From: Phaeosaccion multiseriatum
Taxonomy: Eukaryota > Protista > Ochrophyta, other classes
Direction of reading: 5' to 3'
NCBI GenBank assembly: GCA_965112735.1
Contig: OZ218953.1
Span: 4,898,001 to 4,962,000, forward strand
Length of the DNA: 64,000 bases
Shown: positions 24,409 through 36,330 of the stretch, in pieces
How positions within the stretch are numbered: position 1 is the stretch's first letter
Layout: every line of letters begins with the position of its first letter
Translations under genes and position numbers: made by a program
Notes under the pieces: model-generated
The model's input: only the letters and a program-made list of their open reading frames with translations
Database searches by the model: none
Told to the model about the DNA's origin: nothing

Positions 24409-24847
24409 CTACAGTATCGTCTGTACGTGCATCACCGTTACCGTCACCTTCCCCCTCCCCGTCGCCACCGCCCCCCCCCCCCCTTGTCGGTTCCATGCCG
24501 AGCCTCAGCCGTCGCCTACCGCAGCACACACGTCTTCTTCTGCGTCGCACCCGCATGATTGGTTCCCATGGCCCACAAAGGTCGCGTTGCCCTTCCCCCA
24601 GGTCGAGAGGGTCATGAGCATGACGATGAGAGCATCGGTCTTTTCCTCTGCCTCTGGCAAGTCTGTAGGCGCCAGCGCCAGCCCCTCCCCTCCCTGTCCT
24701 GCTCGTAGGACTTCTTCTTTGCCTCAGAGTGGCGGCGGGAAGGCATGTGCCCTGGCCTACGGCATAGAAGGCCTCTACTAGAAAGCAGCAGCAACCCAGT
24801 CCCAGAAATGACACCAAGAGAGGGGCTGCTGCTTGCAAAAGCAGCAT
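22433..24847 (-). CDS. C-terminal J-domain (DnaJ) protein, probably plastid-targeted; exons 24847-24227, 24020-23898, 23291-23052, 22645-22433
   Basis: Four exons joined by phase-0 GT-AG introns. ELRSEYRRQVKECHPD (HPD motif)...KLTNAWAVV. Signal peptide followed by VEA-FYA. Confidence 0.75.
23549..23553 (-). terminator. RNA polymerase III T5 terminator of the 5S gene
   Basis: TTTTT 2 nt downstream of the 5S 3' end on the minus strand. Confidence 0.6.
23556..23677 (-). rRNA. 5S rRNA: 5S rRNA gene (possibly a variant or pseudogene) inside intron 2 of the J-domain gene
   Basis: Minus strand reads ACGGACGGCCATATGACGTCGAGAGCACCCGAATCCGTCCGATCTCGGAAGTTAAACGGCGTCGAGCCGACTTAGTACTACGGTGGGGGACCACGT(G)8ATCGTCGGTGCTATCTGT. 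Conserved eukaryotic 5S motifs and pairing helices I, II, IV and V are present. Confidence 0.9.
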
Positions 24848-25365
24848 CTTCTTACGCCGCAGCCGCTGCCCTTGCTAGGAGTCAGGATACAATAGGGGTT
24901 AGAGCTTGACAGAATGCGGATGTGCGTCCTTCACGGAAGGGAGCCCCCTTTTTTTTCCCTTTCTTTTGCCTGTTTTTACTCTTAGGCGGGTGGGGGGAAG
25001 CGGCTAAAAGGAGGAGAGGAAAAGAAAGGAGAAGGAGCACTTCCCGGACAGACCCACAGGACGCTGCGCTGTATTACACATAAAATTTACTCGCGCCACC
25101 TTCCACTTTGGTATACACTACTCCGGACGTCGTCTGGTCGTCGGCCCTCTTCTCCCCCGTTCTACGACGTATCTATCTCTAATCCATATATGTCAGCACT
25201 ACAACGGCCGCCCTCCTCCTGCCTGGGGACCTGTAGTGCTTGCCGCGGGGCGACAACTTCACTCTTCGTTTTTTTTTTACTCACTATTCACTTGTTTTCT
25301 CCTCCACTCCCTCTCCTCTCACTCAAACTGAACCTCGGGGCGGCTCTCTCTACTCTTCAGACTCC

Positions 25366-27357
25366 TCAGATCACCTGCTGCACCTTCGTCTCGCCATCCT
25401 CGGGCCCGTAAGCGCCCGGTGTTCCCTCCTTCACCTCCTCCACCTTGCCCGAGTGTAAGATGATGTCTGCGCCGGGGCTCGTCTTGGGGTTGACGATGCT
25501 CAGCAGGACGGGCAGCAAAATCACTCCGCCGAAGAAGCCCACCATGACGAAGATGGCGTAGGTCTGGAAGTAGGTGTTGTGGCTGTATCCATGGAGGGAG
25601 GGGATATCGGGGTGGGGGTTGGGGTTAGAGGATCGGGAGGGCAATTGGGGGAGAGGTGAAGAGACACGTTCATGGCAGCACAGAGAGACACACACAAAGA
25701 GAGAGGGGGGGGGGCGGGGGGGCAAGACAAAGCAGCAGCGGCGACCCGTGAGTCAGAGGAGACCACCACCGCACATCCACCATGCATCAAAGGCTCCTAT
25801 CCCCCCCCTCCACCCCAATCTCTCCACTCTAATGCAGTCATGGGTCATGGGGCTCTACTTACAAGAATTCGATCTTGGAGAACTGGAGAGGCAGCATGGA
25901 GATGAAGGTGGTGAAAGCACCAGCGGCGGTGGGGAACAAAAGCTCCTCCAGGCACGTCGCGATTCTCTGCGTACGATGCATGCATTAGAATGGGCAAGAA
26001 CAGAGAACAAAAGAATAAACCAAACGAATGAGTACGTTAGCAACGGAACAGCAAATCAGCACATCGTATTTTCTTCTGTGCCAACACCAAACGGAGCCCT
26101 GCCTCGCCCCGCCCCCCTCCGCTCCCCCCCCTCTCCCCTCTGTCCCATAGATAGCACTAGATGGCACTTAAGGGTGTGATATAGGGATACTCCTGCCCCT
26201 CTGCACACACACACACACAAACACAAAAACAAACGCACCTGTTGGCCGTCTCCAGCCGCGAAGAGGTAGGCTCGTCCGATGTGCGATGTGAACTCCACAA
26301 TGAGCCCCACCGACACGGCCAAGTTGACAATGGAAAAGCCGGACACAGGCACGTCCAACATGGGCATGATGCCGAAGGAGACAATCACGCAAAGGATGAT
26401 CACCACGCAGAGCACCACGGCCAACAGGAAGGAGCCCTCGAGGAGGGTGATGGTGAAGATGATGGCCGCCAAGGCCAGGCCCAAGATGGTGCCCATGGTC
26501 TAGAGAGAGGTGGGGGAGTTAGCACGCACACACACACATACAAGAGAGGGGTGTTCATTAAGCATGGGAGGAGGAAATGGATACAACGCCCTTGTCTGCT
26601 GTGCAGCTTGCTCACCTCCCAGGTGTATTGGTACTGCGAAAAGAGGATGGAGTCGCCAGAGTAGAAGTACGACGAGCCTTCGTTGCCGTCCGCGTTGTCG
26701 ATCGCTTTACGAGAGCTCGTAATGCCGTTGACGATGTTGTTCACCGATGCTTGGTTCTGTGTGTGTGCGTGTGTGTGTATGTGTAGGTGTATGGGTTAGT
26801 GTGTATGTGGGTGGTATACGGCTGCTCGTCGTGTATGCGTTGGTGGGCAGTAGGTGTGTGCTGAAAGAGGTGATAAAAACGTCTCACGCCAAGCAAGTGT
26901 GTGGTGACCCTCAAAAGCGCACTCACAATCATAATGAGAGACTCCTTCGTCGCAACGAGCACCGTTTCCTCCGTCGCCTGCGCGCAGTCCGTCCACTCTC
27001 CATTGGTCCTGCAAGACTGATCGGCAGCGTACGTCACTCCCGAACCCGTCACCCACTCCAGCCACGCCGGGTAGAAGGCGGCGGCAGGCACAGGGGTCAA
27101 AGGGGTGGAAGCATTGACGCTAGGCAAGAAGGCGGATGAGCTATCTGTGAGCCAGCTCAGGTCGCGGACCGTGAGCTCATCGCTGACCGACCCGGTGTTG
27201 GCTGCGATGCGCTCCTGCACGTTTAGCATCGTCTGTTGATAGTTGGGGAAGTCGGACTCCTCCGTCACGACGAAGGCGGACGAGGCAGTGTAGTCAGCCT
27301 CCTTGATCCTGTTGGGGGCGGGTGGGGGAGGGAGGGGGAGAGAGAGAGACAGGGAGC

Positions 27358-27443
<86 letters not shown>

Positions 27444-30400
27444 GGGGGGGGGGGGGGTATAATAGAGGTCAGAGAGCGGCGGTGGTTTCAGAGAGCACGT
27501 GCAGAGAGCTTCAACGGAGGCGAGGAACATGTGGCTGGTGAGGGGTTGGTGGGTGGGTGGGTGGCGATGGCCATCCCCAGCTACATGCACTCGCACATAA
27601 CAAAACACACAAGAGGCCTAAAAGTGGTGAGCCTACTCGACTTGACAAAAGGAGAGAAATCAAAGGCAGTCGCGTAAGAGTCAACGCGCGCTCATGACTC
27701 ACTCGAGGAAGTCTTGCTGGTAGCTGTCCTTGAGCGCGAAAGTCGAGAGGTGGAGACCCCTTCTCATGTGGTCAAAGCCGTACCACGCAAAGAAGGCCGC
27801 CCCGCCGAAGGAGATGATGCACACCGCTGCCTTGACGATGGGGTTAGCGAGGGTGGGCGCCATGGTGCTGCGCACAAAGCGCTTGGCGTCAAAGCCCGAC
27901 TCGGTAAACTCCTTCTCCGATATGAGTTCCTCTTGGGGCACCTGCTTGCAGGGGGCGTATTGGATACGTCGCTCTGCCACTCTGCGGCAGTCCCAGCACA
28001 TGAGGGGGACGAAGATGAGGTGGAGCAGCACCTGGTGTGGGATGGGGGGGGGGGGGGGATTTGGAGTTTCACACAGAGAGAGACGACGCGGGGAGAGGAA
28101 AAGGGGCCGGAGACGAGAGAGAGGAGGGGGGGGAGGAGACAGAGAGAGATAGAAGAGAGGAAGAGAGGGAGGGGGAGACAGAGGGAGGGCGAGAGAGAAA
28201 AGGAGAGGTCAGAGAGGCGGTGGCTGGAGAGCAACTGCAGAGATCTTCAACAGAGGCGAGGGAGGGGACGAAGGTGAGGGGTGGGTGGGTGGCGACCCAC
28301 CGCTAAATCTATTCGCACGGATCAAAGCACAGATGCCTAAGAGTGTTGACATAACCAGAGGAGAGAACTCACTCCGCCCTTCCTCACTCACTCAACTCAC
28401 TCCCTCACTCATCTTTTCCTTCCCGCCCTCCCTCCACCCCCCCGCCCTCCGCCCCCCCTCCCTCTCTCTCACCCTCTCCCTCCCTCCCTCCCGCCCTCCC
28501 TCCCTCACTCACCAGGATCAGCATGATGGTGATACACATGTGATAGGCGAAGGTGCGCACAACGTTGATGGGCACCGCAGCAGAACAGAGGAAGGCCAAA
28601 GCGTTGCACACACTCGTGATGCACACAGAGGGACCGGCCTTGGCCATGGCCAGCTGGATGCGGACGTCAGGGCGGTCCGAGAACTCCGCTTCGCTCTCCA
28701 GGGCGTAAGCGAGCACTGTGGAACAGTGGCGGAGGCGTGTGCGTGTGCGTGTGCGTGCGCGTGGAGGTGCAGTTACAAGGGGTGTGGGAAGGGGCAAGAA
28801 GACACCGAGGGAAAGGTGAGCAAGATGGGCCGGAAAGGGGGTGGGAGAAGAAGACCTATGCCCAAGTGTGCCCAAGTGTGTGGGTGAGAGGGATGCTGAG
28901 GGTGCCGTAAGAGGCGACGTACGAAGCAAAGTCGCCCCGACAGCGAGGCAGATGCCGACGTGTTTCCAGCACTCACCGAAGAAGTCGTCAATTCCGAGGC
29001 CGAGGGCAAGGAAGGGCACAATGTTCATTGACACAGGTGTTGCCTTTGTTTTGTGCAACGTCACAAGGACAGGACGCAAAGCAAAGCAAGAAAGCAGAAC
29101 GGCACGCAGGGGGCAGGCACAGCGGGACAGCAGATATGGTCAGATGCGCGGAGCTCCTCTTCAAAGGCGGTCGTGCGCCGTCAGAGGAAGGAAGGAAGGA
29201 AGGAAGGAAGACACACGCCATTCTGTCCTGGTGCAGGGCAGGGCAAAGCACGCCAAGGAGGTGCAACGGAGAGGGAGAGGGAGACGGGCGCTGAGTTTCG
29301 TACCAAGATGTCAAGCGCCCCAATGGCTCCGAAACTCGCGATGATGGCACCACAGGTGACGAGGAAGCCACCAACGCCAAGGAGGGAGCGGCTGTACACA
29401 GATGCGGCCTTGGGGTGGGCGCAACTGAAGGAGGTGAGCGTGATGATGCTCACAAAGATCATGACCACTACGGCAGAGACGAACAGTTTCTGCGGCGGTT
29501 ACGCGGCACGACAGTTTGGGGAGGGGAGCGGAGGAGACGGAAGGGGACGGGGGCGAAGGAAGGAGGGTGCTTGTCGTGAGAAAAACAACATCAGCACGGA
29601 GAAAACGAGACATACCGAGAGAGAGAGGAAGAGAGAGAGCATGAACGAGAGAAGAGACAGACAAGAGAAAGAAAGGGAGGGAGAGAGAAACGCTGTTCGC
29701 CGTAACCGTCGCATTCGTACTGGCCGCGGGTAGCAACGCAGCAACGTACCAGTTCAAGGCTTTGTGCATCCTCGATCATGTCAAAGGCGCTCTCAAAGGC
29801 GAAGAAGTTGAGTGTGGTATCCCCGTGCTCCTCGCCCTCAGCAAACATGGAGCCCGCCGCTCGGTCGTGCGCCTCGGACATTTTGGCAATGTAGGCTCTC
29901 TCCCAGCCAATCACCACCTCTTCTCGACCTTCCAGGGAGGTGATGCCGTTCTGCTCCATGCTGTTGGCAAACAGCGGGGCGTCGATGTTGAAGTTGTTCA
30001 TGATGGTCATAAAGTAGCTAATGCTTTCCACGGGGCCAATCTCCGCGTTGCTGGTCGCGCTATCCTCAGTCCTGTGTTGGTGCGAGTGAAGGTGTTGGTG
30101 CGTGTGTGTGCGAGTGAAGATGGTGTTGCGTCCATACGCCCGAGGTAAAGCAGGTAAGCAAGCAGCGAGAAGGGTGCACAAATTAGGCCAAAAGCCAGGC
30201 CACAAATAAGGCCAAGAGCCAGGGAAAAAATTAGGCCAAGAGCCAGCGAACAGAATTGGCCAAGGGCCAGGGAACAGGGAAGGGACATGGTGCTATCGTA
30301 GAAGGACGACAAGCGCAAGAGAAGGGCACAAGGACACCCAACGAACCAACCAACCAACCCACCAGCCAACCAACCAACCGACCGCTCACTTACCCGTCTT

Positions 30401-32970
30401 GTTCGATGTCGGCCATGATGAGTTCAGAGGCGATCTGCGTGCCGCTCCACGTCAAGCAGCAAGGAGCGCCTCGCGCTACACAGGAGCCTTGGGAGGGGAG
30501 GGGAGGCAGGACAGGCAGGACAGGCAGGACACAGACACACGAACGGTGAACGATGACGCGATGAAGCGAGGAGGATGAGAGTGACGAGGGTTGCACAGCA
30601 CAACGCCGCACGTGGGGTGGGGGGGGAGCGAAGAGCCTACCAGTAGGGTTTGACACGCGCAAGGTGCCAGAAGGGGCCAATCTCCCTTCTCCCCATGTAT
30701 CTGTCACCGCCACTGCTGCGCGCTGCTGCCGCCAGTCACTACTGCCATGCCGCTGACTCTGGCCACTACCCTGCTGCAGCTACTACTTGTACTTGTACTC
30801 ACTCGCCGGGAGGGTGCCTTCTCCGGTGTTGGGGTTGGCGTTGTCTACGGCGGAGGTGAAATGCGCAAGAAGGTCGGCTTCATCCATGTCAGCAAAGCTC
30901 TGGCGCCAGCGGTAGCCCCACGTCCAGAAGAGACCAGTCACACTGGTGAGGCGCTGAGCAAGGGTAGCGCCTGTTGCCGCGCCCTTGGCCGCCGCTACCT
31001 CCTCTATTGTAACGATGCCAGAGTATCGAGACGGAGGAGACGGTTTGGTTTAGAGGCCAGAGCGAAAGGTGGGGGGGGAGAGGCACACAGAGTGTGGGAG
31101 TCAGAGCTTAAGCTGGGTCCAGGGGAGCAGGGCGTGGAAGAATGGTGCTGCTTTTGTACTTGTCGCAACGTGTGAACGATGCATTCGCACCTGCGTCACC
31201 CATGGCGGTAAAAACGGCCTCAGCGGTTGCCGCAGACTCGGCTTCGAAAGCGGCCAAGCAGTCATCTGAAGAGTTGGGGAGTCGTTGCACGAATCACAGA
31301 CGGCGCAGCCGAGAACAGAAAGAGATTCACAGGCAAGTGAGTAGCAGCGAGTGGAGAAGCAAAACACGTCCTGCATTGGCACAAGAGCACCGGAAGGCCG
31401 GGGACAAGTCACTCGTACACACCTCTGTTCTCGTTAAAGAAAACGAAGTCCACCCACTCGTCCAGCTCCTGGAGACTGGCGGGGTAGCCTGTTTTCCCCT
31501 CGCTGAAGCAGTCAAGATGGGAGAGTCTGTGGAACACCAAGGAACAACGTGCAGAACCGAGGAACATCAACAACGAGGAACACCGGCAAGCCATAGGGGG
31601 GGGGGCGGTGGCACGGGGGGGAGAAAGTGAGATCACCGCCTGAGGAAGGAGATGTAAGGAGTTTTCAGGCTGCACTCTGTGGAGACTAGCGCTCCCCAGG
31701 GACCTGACCTAAGCCAAGCGCTAAGATTGGCTCACGTCCCTGGGGCTCCCAAACCTCCACAACACAGAGCCCTGCTTCGTTCTTTCCCCTTTGTCAGTCA
31801 CCTCTTGCAAGGAAAGGCCCCGATCCCCCACCCATCCGGCAGAGGAGTGCTGGGCTCCGGGATCACTCCAAGGGGACTGACGGAAGCTCCGCCGCTTGAG
31901 GCCACGCAGTCTGCGACTTGCTTGTAACCGTAGGACATGAAGTTGCCGCCGTCGAACCAACCGATGGCTGGGGGGGGAGTTGGAAACCAAAAGAGAGAGT
32001 CAGTGTAAGTAAACACGCTAAAGAAACGAAAGTACCAAAGCAATTTGTGGAGAGCTTACGTGAGGCAGAGTTGTCGAAGGGCTGGAACACGGCGGGCACG
32101 CTCGGGCGCTCGCAAACGTCGTTGATGTCGTAGACCTGGCCGTCGACCGTCACAGCCACGTCCCTGGGAAAGGAAGGGGACAAAAACACGACAACAAGCT
32201 GAGGGAAAGGAGAAGAGAGACTCCACCCCAAGATGCTACCCTCACGCCCTCCCCATGCGTAGGTCCTCTTCGGCTCCACCCGCCACACGCACGCACTCAC
32301 GTGTCCTCCTCGTACACCGAAGATACGGCCGCTAAGGAAGCGGTCATCACCTCGGGTGTGGCACTATTTCCACCGTCCCGACTGGACATGAGAATGTTCT
32401 CCACCCGCGTCACGCCCCCGAAGTGCTCATCTTGGGTGGTAGGGGTGGGATAGATTTCGGGTTAGAGTTAGATATGTGAGGGGAGTTGGGTCACCAAACA
32501 TCGGTGGTGTGATGCGAGGCGCAGCTCCTGTGATGGAGAATGGACAATCCTCAGGAGGGGGGGGGGAGCTTCTAACAACCTCTGCACATGCTCCTTCCCT
32601 TCTTACCAAAAATCAATCTTTCGTCGTCAAGCCGCTCCCCACGATACTGTTGTCGTGGGAAGGGGAGGAGGGGGGTGGTTCTAGTTTAGGCACAAGCTTA
32701 CCGGGGGGGGGTATGTGAGAGAATGAGCACGAGAGAGGCAGGGGCACACACAAAGATGGAGACCACGAGATGGACATCTCTTCCCAACTTCAAACCCACC
32801 TGCCACAGATCATAGTAGTTGGACGTCTGATCGAAGTTGATGAGGCCGATGGATAAAAGCGCAATGAGCAAGAAGCCGGCGAGCACAAAGGGCCAGGACC
32901 GCGTATAGCAGGCCTTGGCGTACGCCGCGTAGCCCTTCTGCACCTTCGTGTTGAAGGCCGCATAGAACAT
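25366..32970 (-). CDS. Patched/NPC1-family sterol-sensing-domain RND transporter, many exons (an extra last exon ending ~25162 is possible)
   Basis: N-terminal TM; SSD motifs NIVPFLALGLGIDDFF and AMAKAGPSVCITSVCNALAF; second-half motif SIVNLAVSVGLIVEFTSHIGRAY; C-terminal GFFGGVILLPVLLS. Confidence 0.85.
27366..27458. repeat. (GA)n tract followed by a poly-G run, intronic
   Basis: Direct reading. Confidence 0.9.
30181..30277. repeat. 4 x 24-bp degenerate minisatellite (AATTAGGCCAAGAGCCAG...) in a Patched-like intron
   Basis: Direct reading; period 24. Confidence 0.75.
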
Positions 32971-33478
32971 GGTAGCGCCTCCTTGCTGAAAGGCGGCTTA
33001 AAAATCCCCCCTCACGCAGCCTTACTGACGACTAAAAGCCCTTGCCCTCCAACGATATGGCTCCTGCAGCCACTGCGTCCTCCACGGAGCTGCTGAGGAC
33101 GAGCAGGGCGTGCACCAGGCTTGGCAGCCTCACGGCCACAACTCTTCTTTTCGAATCCTCGCTCGGTCCGAATGGATCGAATGCGAAAATTTTCGAGCGG
33201 AGAAAGGCTTTCTGTGTCCGGTGCCTGCCTGCCTAGATGGAGGCTCCTGGTCGGCCAAGGTGGCAGCAAGTCTTTGACAAGGCTGCTATGAAGCAAGCGT
33301 TCCTCTTTTCTTTGTTTTGTGTGCCACTGGTGTGGGGCTTGCCAGCACATTCAACTTCAAGGTCCGGCGCCGGGTACTGGAACTGAGAACTGAGAATTGT
33401 GAAATGCAAACTCAAACTGTAACTGTACGATTTTGAGCGGGCACATGAAAAAAATTGGTCCGCGCGTCATTAAGCGTG

Positions 33479-35884
33479 ATGCACGAGTCCTTGGATGTGG
33501 TACTGCTGCTCCAGCAGGAGCAGAGGACTCTGCAAGCGGCCTGCGTGAAAGTTCAGCAGCTACTGGAGAAGGGGGGCGAAGGAGCGGCGCTAGCAGGCTC
33601 TGGCTTCCTCGAACTCAGTGCGGGGGAGAAGAGGAGGGAGGAGAAGCGCTTGCTCGCTTCCGTGGAGAAGGCAGCCTGGGCGAGGATTCATGAAGAGAGG
33701 GAGGAGCTACAATGTCGCTTGCGAGAAGGTGTGGCCGAGATGGACAAGCTGAACAAGGTCAGGGGCGAAGCGAACAAGGTTCGCAGCGCGTGCGCCAGCA
33801 ACGCCAAGCTGAACGTTTTCCTGCAAAAGAGGGTGGCGCAAATACGGCGGCAACGCCTCGTCCGAGAGAAGAAGAGCGGCCGAGAGTACAAGAATGAGGG
33901 AGAGGCACATGCCAGTCTGCAGGCCGCAAAGGAGGCGATTCGGGGAAAGAAGAGAGAATTGGCTACGCTGGAGAAGCAGCAGGAAGAGATGAGGGCTCAG
34001 TGGATGGCGCTCATGGCTCAACACGAAAAGGTTCGACTGGCAGATGCCGAGGAACTTCGGACGAGGGCAAGGAGGAGCCCCAGGCGGGCAGCGGGGAGGC
34101 TTGCAGCCTCTTCGGTCTGCTCCGTTCGATCGCGAGTCGCGGATGGTGAGGAGACAACAGATCGGCAGACAGCTGCTGCTGATGTTGCCGATGGAGAGGA
34201 CGGCCCTACAAGTGTGAGGTCTATAGAGACACGAGAGGCGACGCTTTCGGCTGCTCCGAGTGACAAGGACGATGGGTTGGAACATGAGCCTACTGAAGGC
34301 CCAAAATCTCTTGACGTGCTCGACGACGACGCTGCTGCTTCCCTCACACAGAGCATCGAACTTGAAGGATCCACCAGTGTGGTGGAGAAGGAGATGGAAG
34401 TATCTCCAGGACGGAAGGAGTGGAAAAGAAATTGGCGGGCGTCAAGGTCGTCCATTGCCTCCATTCAGCTCTCCTCCCTCTCGCTGTCCACCTCCCTGGC
34501 GTCTTTGATATCCAACCAGAGTAGTCAAAAAGGTTTGGAATACTCTTCGCCTGGCAAGAGGGTTGGCTGCAAGGAGTCCGTTACTGCTGATGGCCACGGA
34601 GGAAAGCGGAAGCGAAGAGCGCCGCAATCGCAGTCGCCAGCAGCGGCAGAGGCGGCGAAAGTGAGGGACATTGCTAGTCTTCTTGAAGAGGACAAGAGAA
34701 TCCTGAAGACTGTTGTTCTCAAGCTCGAGCACAAGACAAAAGACTGTTCTGCGCTCTGCAAGGAGCTGAGGAAGGACCACTTGCACGCCGTGTGCACCTT
34801 GCATAAGGCCAACCAAAAGCTCCGAGACGAGCTCAAACTGTGGGACAGGAGGATAGATCGGGTGGCGGAGGAAAGGGCCATGGTGCGCGAGATTTACCTC
34901 GAGAGGAAGGCCAACGGGTCCTCCTTCGACCTCGGTCTCGCCATGTACGTGAATTTGTCTTCATTCTGGCGAGGGCACTGCGTATTTACGTATGTGTGTG
35001 TGTGTGGGGGGGGGGGGCATGTCGCCACGACCCCAAACCGTTGTGGATGATTGTGTGCTTTCTCGCTCGTCTTGTCGGGTGTCGCTCCTTGGAAGGGTGG
35101 GATGGGTCTTGCGCTTACCTGTCTCGGGCTCGCTCCCACCATGGACTGCCCAACCTCGCTCTCTCCCATCTCATCTCATCCCACCCCACCGTACGTTCGG
35201 CATTACTCTCCTCTCGATGGCACCCCTTGTCACAGGCAAGGCGTAGTCAAGTTCGCCCGTGCGTTCACGAAGATGAGTATGCTCGACAAGCAGGCCAAAG
35301 CCAACGCCCGGGAAGGAGGAGGGGGGGAAGCTTGCCAAGCGTCTGAGGCGGAGCTGCTGGACCACCACGCGGTAAACAGGCGGGCACAGGGGGCAACAGA
35401 GGCGGGTCGCGTTGCAGCTGGGGGGGCTGGGAAGGAGGGGGAGAAGAAGTACATAAAACCTTTACGGCTGCCTGCCCATAGCAACCTGCTACGTGGGGAG
35501 GAGAAACTACAGCGGCAGCGACCGCAGCCCTCTTGTGCAGCAGTCAGTGGGTCCAGCGCGAGAGCAAATCGCCGGGCGGGAAGGAGGAAGTCTTCACGTC
35601 CTGCAACAAAGACGCTCGGTGCTCGAGAGAGTGGTGGAGTGCTCGGGGGGGGAAAGGACCCGGCACGCACCACAGCGACGACGACGAGCCCGATGCTGGA
35701 GGGCAGTAGTTCGGCTCCCGTAACAAGTACAGCCCCCTGTGTGCCAAAGCTGAAGCTGCAGCAGCAGGGGCGGCGGCAAGAGCCGATACGAACGGATCGC
35801 GCTGGACCGGAAGAGAGTGACGGGGGGGGGGGCGGAGCATTTTTTGTCACACAGGGAGGATTGGGCAGCAAGACGGAAAGATAG
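33479..35884 (+). CDS. Hypothetical coiled-coil protein, probably 2 exons (intron ~34946-35235)
   Basis: Long E/K/R/Q-rich helical ORF 33455..35050 continued by ORF ..35884; no recognisable domain. Confidence 0.6.
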
Positions 35885-36155
35885 GAAGCTACAGACCCGC
35901 CGCATGCCCTGTCGTCCTTGGCGGGCGGCAAGGCGTATGGGCCGGTCAATTCTTCTTTTCTTTCTGTTTTTCTCTCTTTCTGCCTTTCTGTCTTTCTCCG
36001 CTGCCCGCGGTGGTGTGGCTGCGCCGACACCCTGTGGTCCTGCTGGACATGAGGCAGCACAGACCTACTGGTAGCCTAAGAAATGAGATTGAGGGTGTAG
36101 CAGTTAGCAGGCAGGCAGGTAGCACACCCTAACCCCCCCCACCCCCCCCCCCAAA

Positions 36156-36217
36156 GCCGGCTGACGCTGGGGATAGCAGATAGCACGCCGGCTGGCGCGG
36201 GCGATAGCAGACAGCAC
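36156..36217 (+). repeat. Two degenerate copies of the 31-bp subterminal repeat, without the terminal GTCAGGG
   Basis: GCCGGCTGACGCTGGGGATAGCAGATAGCAC GCCGGCTGGCGCGGGCGATAGCAGACAGCAC. Confidence 0.8.
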
Positions 36218-36330
36218 GCACGCACACACGCTTACCCACGATTCCACACAGGTGTATGGGCATGCTTTAATGACTGGCTGGGCCCGAATTATTAGCGCGC
36301 GCTTCAAAATAAAACAACCCAATTCGTATA

